Shown here: in pieces, positions 50,437 through 60,180 of the stretch
How positions within the stretch are numbered: position 1 is the stretch's first letter
How the letters are laid out: every line of letters begins with the position of its first letter
From: Raillietiella orientalis
Lineage: Eukaryota
Length of the DNA stretch: 64,000 bases
NCBI GenBank assembly: GCA_036172245.1
Contig: JAYWIR010000034.1
Coordinates: forward strand, 992,001 to 1,056,000
Reading direction: 5' to 3'
Translations under genes and position numbers: made by a program
Notes under the pieces: generated by a model
What the model saw: only the letters and a program-made list of their open reading frames with translations
Databases searched by the model: none
Told to the model about the DNA's origin: nothing

Positions 50437-53260
50437 ATCCGGTCACGCTGGGGCGTTTATTTATAAAACCTACATGTCTACACGTTACTTATGGATACGA
50501 AAAGGAACCTTCCAGGATCTGGCAAACGGGCCATCAGGGTTCGCCTCGGCAGCACAATTGTAGGGAAGACAAACAAAAAGAAAAAACCAAAACGAAAAAA
50601 ATGCAGTAAAAAAATGGGTGATGGAGGTGGGATAGGGGGGGAAGGGGAGGTTGGGGAAGGGTTCACTGTGTGCTGGAGGGCGTCCTCCGCATCTTTGTAA
50701 GGATGCCAGCAAGTCCCTGTTTTATGGTTCCCAGATGGGATCATCTTGACGCTGTCCTCATGAAGAGGACAGCAAAAGAGATGGAGTCCCTGTCGTTCTG
50801 GGCTCCGCTGGCATTGCTCCATGCGGCCCCTATCCCGCGTAGGCAGCAGTGCTGCTAGGGATGCGGTCGGCGTGAGGGCATTGCACAGGAGGAGGTGCTT
50901 TACAAAGTCCCTGGCGTTGTCGCCGGGAGTTCCAAGGGTCGCGGCAAAACATCCCCAAAGGGGTCGGAGGGCAACACAATCCACTAGGAGGTGCGGGAAG
51001 GATTCCCGCTCCCTTCACCTTGCACAGTTCACACACACCTGTGTGGACAGATTCCGGCGGGCGCTGCGCGGGAGACCTCAGTGCAGCAGCAGCAATGCCG
51101 ACTCCTGCCACTTTAAGGGAAGGGTGCGGGTGTTCGTAAGCACCGAGGGCCACTACGGGTCTTCCTCGGGAATACCCAGTAGCACGCCCCAACGCAAAAG
51201 TCCACGAGGTCGAGCACTCCGGGTCGCAGCGTCAGTGAGCTGGTCCGTCGTCCACTCGCCCGGTCCTTTTCTCCTTCCGGAGATTTCCACGGTAACCTCC
51301 CATCTAGCCATAAGGCATTTGATCCATGGCCCATATGCTCCCTAAGGGAGGGCAGTGCAGGGAGGTTCTGCTTGCTCATGCACTCTTCGCGGGATCTTCC
51401 AGGCTCTCCCGGAGCGTGCAGTTGTTGTTGCTCGCGTACAGGAAACGTCGCCTCTGTTCCGCGCTTGGCTCCTGGATCTTCCCCCACGTGCGAACGGTTC
51501 CCTGCAACTGGGCACTACCGTTCGCAGGGCGGCACGAGATCCATCCATTTTTCCTCGCCAGCGTGGCCATCTGCCGCTGGTGCAGTCCGCCGTGGATGAG
51601 ACTGCATGGAAGGTGCGCAAAAAAGGACGCGAGTGCTACGCTGCCAGTGGCTTGCTGGACAAGAAGACGTGCAGGTTGGCACCAGGTGGTGCTTGCTCCA
51701 GAATTCTTCCACAAGGACCAGTGCTTAAAACTGGAGCTGCAGCTCCATTCGTTCCAGCGTCAGAAGGCCTAGGCAGCTGTCCCGGCGCGGAGCACACAAG
51801 TCCTTTAGGCGGACTCGGGACCTCCCTTTGCCCCAGAGGGCGATCCGGAGGAGTTCCTTTGTCCGCTTCCAAATGCTGCATGACGGTGGGCAAACAAAAA
51901 GCAAGGGGCGGAGTAGAAGGGCCACAAACGTGTTCCACACCTCTCTGTGGAACGGATCGAGCATCTGCAGTGCTTTCTGAAGACGACCGGACCAGGCCTC
52001 TGAGGGGCAAAAGTCATCCAACGGAACGCCCAGGTACTTTATGTAACGGGCCATGGGGATCCTACTGCGAATCCAGTCCAGCCGCCCTGCCCACGATGAG
52101 CCGACGGGAACCATGGATGACTTCGCCTTGTTGACCACCAGGCCCGTTCCACGACTGAGCAGCTCGAAGAAACCGTCGAGTGCGCATGCCGGGGTGGACA
52201 TGGGGAGCAACAGCAGAAGATCGTGCGCGTATGCTAAGACGGCAGGCGTGCCGGAACATACACGCGAGTGGAGAGCCAGAGCCTCCCTGTATGCTCTCAG
52301 TACCAATTCGAAATAGGTACTAAAGAGCAGGGGGCTCAGACTGTCGCCCTACCGTGCACCGTCTTCCCGCTGAAAGAGATATTGATGAGAACGTGGCTCC
52401 AGCTGGAGCTCAGGTAGACCGACAATGCGGCCGGAAGGCCCAAGCGTTTCAGCAGCTCCAGAAAGAGCTCCTGGTCGAAGCAATCAAATGCCTTATGCAG
52501 GTCGACTACGACCGCAAGGGCTCCCACTCCCGCCATATCTCCCCTCCCCTGGCCGACTAACGCTTCGGAATTCCGGCTGCCCATCTTGCTCCTTCCTTGT
52601 AGGAGCGTGAACCAGGTGCGTGGAACAGGTTGGCATCCATGCTTCGCCCGGGAACAGCGTGAGACTGCTCCGGGCTGACGAGGCTTTCTGCCACCCGTCC
52701 TAAACGCCCTGCCCATAATTTCTCAAGAAACTTGGCGTTCGTGTTTAACACGGTAATCGACCGCCAGTTGCTAATGCTCCGTAGGTCTCCTCCATTGCGG
52801 AGGAGACGTACCTTTGCTGAGCGAAACGAGGCGGGAATGTCTTCTGTTTCGGGTATCAGCAGGGTCAGTTGTTGTACCAGGGGAGTCAGCTCTGCCGCGA
52901 AGCATTGGAAAAACTTCGCCGGCAGGCCTTTCCCCCCTGGAGCCTTACGCTTCTTGAGCTTTCCGATGGCCGTGATAATCTCGCCCATTGTGAAGGAGTC
53001 ATCGGGGCTTTTCTGCTCCTCCCCGATCGCTGGCGTGCCTTCCGGAAGCAGGAATCGCGCGCCAGGAAGCACTTTCTGGCTCGGGAAGCACTTTCGCGTA
53101 CAGGGAGGAATAAAACCTTCGAACGGGGCGGCATCTCTCCGGTTCTTCGAGTTGATCTTCGTCGCTACGCTGGCATGTGCACACCGTGAACAGGACGAAA
53201 TCGTCCCTTTCGCACGTGCCTACGATGGCTGACGGGTGAACAGGTAGGCGTGGACTGGGT
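50437..53260 (-). mobile_element. L1/Tx1-clade non-LTR retrotransposon, ORF2 pseudogene (RT plus CCHC) with 3' UTR
   Basis: EIITAIGKLKKRKAPGGKGLPAKFF, RSAKVRLLRNGGDLRSISNWRSITVLN, SPEQSHAVPGRS, VDLHKAFD, LAYAHD (mutated YADD), GLVVNKAKS, IKYLGVPL, CELC...HLLVDC. Frameshifts and stops present. Tail AATAAACGCCCCAGCGTGACCGGAT. Confidence 0.92.
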
Positions 53261-53289
53261 AGCTAGATTGTATCTTCTTGAGGATCTCC

Positions 53290-54368
53290 ACGGTTCGGTA
53301 CTTTAAGTACTTGGTGTGCCGCTGAAGACTTTTTCCCCAGCGAAGGCATGATCAGAAAGCAGAGTCAGCTCTCGGACCATTCCAGGATGGCAAGTTTCTC
53401 TTTCTGGAACAGGCCATGGTGCAGAACACGTTTGTGACCACCATTCTACGCTCCCTGCTTTCTGTATGTCCCTCCCCAAATGAGATCAAAAAGCAAACCG
53501 AGCATGAAAAAAGGGTCACAGAGAGGTCCCGAATAAGCTTAGAAGACATGTTGCTCTTCTCTTCGGATGATGAACTTGGCATTTTGATGCTGGAGTTGAT
53601 GGAACGCCAGCTGCAGTTCAGAAGACTGCCACTGGCAAGAAAGTACTGGACCACTAATTGGTGCATCCCGTCACGATTCCCAGTCAAGCAAGGAGTCGGT
53701 TTAAAAGGACTGACATCGTTCCTCGTTTACAGCCACCAAGGACTGTCCCTGGGCGTGTAGCAGCTTCGACAGATGGTTGCCATGGTTCAGGAGATAACTC
53801 GTGGATCCTTTTTGTCCAGTTCTGCAATACTTCTCCAAGAGGGTTGCAGAGAAGAGATCTTAGAGGACGAAGATCCTGTGGGCGCACATCCAGAGTAGAT
53901 ACTCAGCTCTTTACCGCGTCTTGCCTCCAAGTGTCTTCCAGTTCGTGAGGCTGCAGGAGATTCAAGGGTGTGCTTCCAGAAGCGAGGCCAGTTGTCTCGA
54001 AGGGGATCCAAACCCCCCTGTCTTGTGTCGGCTGTGTGGCAATAAGAAGTCTTTCTCTGACAGCGTCCCGCGGAAGGATGAGGTGTGCAGGCGTACAACA
54101 CACTGAACTCCACAATTTGGCTTAGCGTGCCAATTGACGAAACTGCCCTTACAGTTCTATTTTTTCAAGATCTAGGGTGTCCAAGCCGGCATCATGGAGC
54201 AGTGCCATCAAGTTTTTAAGGATGATCCAGAGTCTTGCAGCATCCACAGAGTTTTCCCAAGGAAAGGAAACGCTGAGCCCGGGCACACTCATGGCTTCAG
54301 CTTATTGGCGGATTCCCTCTGCTCCAATGCAAAAGTTAGTCACTCTGGCCAGCTCCTGGGATGAGTAA
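53290..54368 (+). mobile_element. Second, diverged 5'-truncated copy of the same LINE family, divergently oriented
   Basis: FKYL/VPL, NTFVTTILRSLLSVCP, RSRISLEDM, LGILMLELMERQLQF, LCRLCG and MASAYW align with the minus-strand copy at 52050-50700. Confidence 0.75.
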
Positions 54369-55711
54369 GAAAAAATTTAAGATGAAGGTGGGACGACAGG
54401 AGACTGAGGAAGTAAAAATGAAAGGAGAGACTATGGGACGATGAGAAGAGAGTGGTCCACCATTCTCCTCTTTTCCCCTCGGAGAAGAACGCAAGCGCTG
54501 AGTGGCGGCAAGGGCCACCTCGGGCATCGCTTCGCATTTCCTGTCGTCTGCCCTTCACGCGGCGCAGAGGGCTGCTGCCCTAAGCAGCAGGGAGACCCTT
54601 GAAGCTTCCCGGCGTTCTCAGAGCAGGAGACTGCTGCGTCCTCTCATCCCGCTCTCATTCACTATTTGACGATCTCCAGGGGAAGACGTCCAGGTCGGAT
54701 CACGGATCCGGTGACTCCTCTCTCCTTCGCAGGCGGCCGTCAAGATGAGGTGTGCGAGAAGGGGATTTGGGGAGGATAACCCGAATAATGGATGTCCCTG
54801 GAAGAGGGTAAAAGGGTTGGTCCTGGTTCGTGGAAGCATCAGATCCCGGCAGCCATCTAAGCGTCGATGACCCACGGGAGTATAACAGAACCACCTATTT
54901 TCGGAAACTTCGGGTGTTAATTCTTTGAAAACAACTACTAATGTGTAAACCGAATTTGGGTGGCCAGTATTTACATTCCAATATAATTCTAAAGGGAGCA
55001 GTGAAAATGGTTAGGATTTTTAAAACCTTGTGAAGCTTTGTGACCCTGAGTACATCTACCAATTTCTAAGAAATCACCAAAGAAAACATTCTCATATAAA
55101 TCAACCTCATAATTGCCGATTATTTAAGTTTGTTGAAATGCTTGTGTGATTTATACATCCCCGTTCCAGGGAACAAAATAGTTATGAACCAATTGAGTGT
55201 TTGATGTACAAGGCATTTAAAGAAAAAAGAATTTTAGGTTTCGCTGATAGCTGCTATATGAAACCCAGTTATGGGAATGATTTGGAGTTTTGCTCTATTA
55301 TTAACCTTTGAACTATATAGATATGTGTGCGTGTGGCCGCAGATTTATCCGTTGCACCGAAAGAACCAAAATCGGAAATGTTGATCTCTTTTCACTGTAT
55401 GCTAATCATGTCACTGATAAACATTGGTCCTTTAAAATAAAAACAGTTTTCATGAAAAGTTGAAATCTTGTGACTCTGTACTTAAATTTTATGGATTGTT
55501 TTTCTTGTTTGATTTTTAATAATTAAGCAATCCCCATGGTCACACTTAGAATCTTTTTTTTCTTCTGTCTTCGTTGCTTTCCTTCCAGCTTTTTTTTTTT
55601 AAGAGTTTCCTTTTTTTTTTAATTCGCTAAGTACCTCAGAGCCGGTCGCGTGCCTCGCGGCGCACGTGGCTCTTTTTAAACATTAAACACACTGTTTTGT
55701 TTCCACGCCTC

Positions 55712-56555
55712 ACCGCCCGCGGCAATCCGCAGGGGGGCGTGTAATTCTTCAGTGTAATTTTTCAGGATAGGGGGCACCCTGGGATGGGGGTCCGCTCTAT
55801 GAATCCAGGAAGGACTAGGAGTCCGTTCCTCTCACGCTTGGGAAGGGATCCCCCCGGACGAGGGGGATCTCATCTCCAACCCTGGTTGTCTCCGAAGGGG
55901 AACCCCGAAGGGAATCTCCTTCCTCATGCTCTCCGGAGGGACACCCCCCTGATGGGGGGTGGTCCTCTCCATTTCAATTTCTCCGAAGGGGACCCGGAAA
56001 GGATCCGCTAGCAGGAATTTCTTCTCCGGAGGGAACCCTCAAGGGAACCGCTCCTGTTCACTACTCTGAAGAGAACCCCGAAGGGACGCTTCCGAAACTC
56101 AGAAGGGGCGCTGCTGCTTCCCGCAGGGAATCGCTCTCGCTTGCTTCCTTGCACTCTGCAAAGAGGCGACGACTCAGAGGGTCCCCCCAACAGGGGGGTC
56201 CGCTCCTTTGAACAACTGGAGAGGTGCCTGTGAAGGTTCCTGCTCCATCTTGAAACCGGAGGCGGTCCCCCGCTGACGGGGGTCCGCTCTCCGTTGCACG
56301 ACCGGAGGGGGAACTCCCCACTCCTTTATTCCTTGGAGGACCCGAAGTCGACTCCCATTGTTCCGGCCTTCATCAGGGGCCTCCCGGCTTAAACGACCAC
56401 CGGTGCTACGCCCGAATGTCTCGGCCAGCCAGCGCCATTGCAGGAAAAACTCGGAACCCAACGACTCTGTGGCGTCAGTTTTTGACGGAGTATTCGAACC
56501 CTCGACGCATGGTGCCACACGCGGAAGCCTTGACTACAAAGTCTCTGACGCGGGC
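55712..56555 (-). mobile_element. Long tRNA-headed SINE-like element, diverged full-length copy D
   Basis: Head GCCCGCG..CTTCCGCGTGTGGCACCATGCGTCGAGGGTTCGAATACTCC (56555-56487). Body blocks shared with copy A include tgaatccaggaagg, ggagtccgttcctct, ccctggttgtctccgaaggg, caagggaaccgctcc, ctgaagagaaccc and gaggcgac. Terminal hairpin CCTGCGG-ATTG-CCGCGGG. Confidence 0.75.
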
Positions 56556-56824
56556 AATCCTTTTTTTCCCCCCCATTCTTGGCCTCTGATCACTTGATGA
56601 CTTTCCATCTTGTGGCAGAAAGTGAGTCACCGAAAATGAGCCGGCACTATGCCTTCTGCCCATCGAAGGAGACACACCACACCCCCGAGAACAGTACTTC
56701 TTCCCTGGAGGAGCTGATGAAAAACTAACAAATTTTATGATTTCGATTTCCGCATTCGGTTTTGCAGATTTTGCTAACTGAATCACAGGTTTCTTATGAA
56801 GAATTAGTTTGCAAATAGCAACTG

Positions 56825-56915
56825 TTTACAACCAGCAAATATGATACTAGCAAGGAAGAGCAATGTTTATGTTAATAAAGATTACTCTTCCTTGTTAGTA
56901 GCATTTGTTTGTAAA
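56825..56915. repeat. ~91-nt imperfect inverted repeat (long hairpin)
   Basis: tactagcaaggaagagcaatgttta pairs with taaagattactcttccttgttagta (22/25 Watson-Crick). The outer arms tttacaa..caaat and atttgtttgtaaa extend the stem. Confidence 0.8.
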
Positions 56916-57240
56916 TTCCCACGTTAATAGGAATGCCTTTGCTACACCGTTCCATCTTGATGCAGCAAGGAAAACTTGCTGGGATCATTTTCGTGCGCAA
57001 TTAAGGATTTAAATGGAATTTGCACTCTTGTGCTTAAGACAACACTTTCACACATGCATTTGCGAACATTTTTGAATAAGCTTTTGCCCAACTACAGTGA
57101 TGATCACTTCTCATGTTACATCATTTCATGGTATCTAATTATTATTCATTTGTATGCTATACATACAAATCTGAAATCTGAAACCTAACACAAACCAATA
57201 GAGATGTTCCATCAATCATGTAAAAAATTTTTTATCTTTA

Positions 57241-59808
57241 TTAACGAATTAAATAATTTCGTAAATTGCTTCCTCGTTTCAAATCAGTTTTCTTCTCATT
57301 GCACTTATGTGAATCGGTTGCAAAACACTTCCAAAGTCTCAGTGTTTCATCAGCTGCGGCTGATACAACAAGGTTACCATCAGGGGAGAGGGCAAGATGC
57401 AATACACGTGCTGTATGACCTACAAGTTCAGCTATGCGTGTCATTGTGGGATATTTCCATAGGATTAGTTGATTATGTGCATATCCATGACCAGAAACCA
57501 ACTCATGATGTTCTTCTGACCACAGTATTGCACAAACCTGTGAATTTGTATCTGTAGAATTAAGGCAAATGCCAGTATTAACATTCCAGATTTTGATACA
57601 ACGATCTGCTGTGCCCCCACCAGTGGCAAGAATGTTGGTTTGCCATGGACACCAAGAAAGTCCTTTGACTGCAGCTGTATGTTGTTGAAATCTATGAATG
57701 TAGTCAAGTTCAGAACTACTATGATTTAACACAGAGGGCCAGATGACAACAGTGTTATCATTTGAGCCAGAAGCCAGGTAGCGTCCATCATAAGACCATT
57801 TTAGACCACATACTTCTTGTGAATGTCCTTGTACAGATGCAATTTTGTGATCATACACTCGCACATCATGATGCATTATAGAACCAGTACGTGATCCACT
57901 AGTGAGAATGTGACTGTTCCAAGATAGAGAACCCACTCTTCCTGCCTGCCCCCACATAGTCCTCAATTTACGGCCACTTTCAAGATCCCATATCTAGAAA
58001 TAAAAAAACAAATCGAAATTTGCATAATTTTTTACACTCAAGTTTGTCATATCAAAATAATTGTCTTGTATTAATGAGCAAATATAGGATGAAATGTTTG
58101 TGAAAAAAAATCTTTAATAAGAAAAAATGACATTGTTCTAATTGATTTTACATTTCTTGGAGAATTTGAAAGCTACACTTCCTTTTATGGAGTTCCTATG
58201 CATGCATTTCACATATATTATTTACTCCAGAATACCAATTACTGTTTTCGGAATTATAAAAATCTTTAATATGCATAGGCACTCTGTCCATTGCATGTTA
58301 CTCACCAGTTTCATGGAATACATTAACATTTCTTTTTACAAAAACATCAAAAATTCAATAACTTACTAGTCCTTGTCAATGATTCATTTGTTTGATTTTT
58401 GATATGATTACAGAAAGATAGTAAATTATCTTTAACACTATTTCTTAAAGCTATTAAATATAAACAATAATTACAAGTTTTGTGAAAAACAAAATGAATG
58501 ATCCAGAGAACATTATGAAAGAAGTATTACTGAAAGGACAAGAAGGAATATGCATTTAGACAATTGTTCAAAATGTAATATGTAATCAAAGAATTTGGAA
58601 ATGTTAAACTTCCATGGCATGATGTGACTACACTATTGTGCATCTCTTTGTATGAAAAGTTTATTAGATTACACTTTACCTGCACATCATTATTGCAAGT
58701 TCCAACTGCAAGAAACTGCCCCTCCTGATTCCAGCTAACTGATGCAACATAATGATCAGAACCTTCAAGTTCTAACAGTTTCACAATCTTTGCAGTACTA
58801 GCATTCCATAAATACACTGTACCATGTAGAGCTACAGCTAGATAATTAGTCTTACTCCAATCAAGCAAATTCAGATCTTTTAAAAGATTTAAAATGTAAG
58901 TCTCCTAATACTATTGTTTTCAAAGTCTTACAATAATCGTCTGACATATCAGGTGCATCCAAAATTCTATCAGGTGCAGATGGAATATGTCTTGTTATTC
59001 TGTTTCGTGACCTGGGAGTTTTATTCTGTGTATAAATAACTTTCAAGGCATTAACATGGCCCTAAAAAATAAATAAATAAAAAGCAACAAAATTGGAGAA
59101 AAAACCTAAAACAAAAAGAAAAACAAAATACACCTCTGGAGCACTAGGAAACTTCCTGGAATATGATAATATTCTGGTACTTTCAAAGTTTGCACCGTTC
59201 AAATTTTCGGCCATTATCCGTTGATTTTCTTGTTTTGAAGGGCTCAGTGCTGCAACATCCTTATCTGCCTCATTTTTTGTCAACTTTGAAAAATTCATAT
59301 TTTAAGATGAATCCACTTTCTTAAATAAGTATCATTACTTTGTAATAAGCAAGATCAAACTGGGTAGTATTTCGGTTAGGTATGAATCGAAGATCAGATC
59401 CTGTATTGTATGGCGATTTGGGAGTTTTAGTTTTGGCAGGAGATTTTCCTGAAAAGTTAGAGAGCATCCAATTAAAAAAGACAAACATCGAATACTTCAC
59501 AATAGTGTGATTGGTATTACCATTTGTTGGCTTTTTTGCTGATGACTTTTTCTTGTTAAGAGAAACATTTTTAACACCACTTGGAGTTTTGGAATAACTT
59601 GAATTAACAAGAGAAAGGCTACTCTTGACTGTATTATTTAAGCTAAATGCAGAAATTCAACTGATTTACTGAAACCAAAATCTAGATACCTGGAATTTGA
59701 CTCCTCAAGTGCCTTTCGCTGCCATCTCGGCAAGGGACCTTTATTGAGTGGCTCATTCATCCTACATGCTTGATCTAATATGTTTTGAAATTCCAAATTG
59801 CTCTGCAT
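57241..59808 (-). CDS. CDC20: Cell division cycle protein 20 homolog (fizzy), APC/C co-activator, 7 coding exons
   Basis: Exon 1 59808-59690 (MQSNLEF...PLPRWQRKALE), C-box-like RFIPNR (~59375), Mad2-binding-like TRILSY..PSAPE, RHIPSAPDRILDAPDMSDDY/YLNLLDWS, WD40 repeats (GHSQEVCGLKW, LATGGGTADRCIKIW, GHTARVL, AAADETLRLWKCF) and a C-terminal IR tail. Last exon 57993-57241. Confidence 0.97.
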
Positions 59809-60146
59809 CTTGCGAATCCTAAATATCTTGAAGTATTCCTTTGATTATTTAAGAGCTGAACTTTATCGAATCACATGAATATAAATAGCAAGCAGCACTT
59901 CCAATGAGTATTCATGCACGAAATTCTAGTTCTGCCTTTATTTAATTCGCATGCTTATTAATGCATGCGAACCTTATTCAGTATGTGATAACATGACATA
60001 CGAATCACAAGTATATAACCATTATTTATAAGCAAAATAAAAACTCGAAAAAACACTCGTCAAACTAGTCTTATAAAGTCGTGATGGAGACTTCAAGATA
60101 GGCCAGACAACTAACAACGTTTCAAGCAAGTATTGCGAGCTACGCA

Positions 60147-60180
60147 GCGGAAACAATTCAAATTTGAAATTGAGTTCAAA
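60147..60180 (-). promoter_or_regulatory. Candidate CHR (TTTGAA x3) plus E2F-like cell-cycle promoter module of CDC20
   Basis: GCGGAAA at 60147-60153, palindromic TTCAAATTTGAA at 60157-60168 and TTCAAA at 60175-60180, about 350 bp upstream of the ATG. Confidence 0.45.

Noticed and set aside
50437..54368. Divergent LINE halves as one twin-priming inversion
   Set aside because: Both halves contain the same KYLGVP-to-C-terminus region and are strongly diverged, so they are independent insertions.
56066..56102. Hammerhead-like CTGAAGA...CGAAAC in SINE copy D
   Set aside because: Stem II pairs poorly, no convincing stems I and III or cleavage triplet, and the GAAA is absent in copies A and B.
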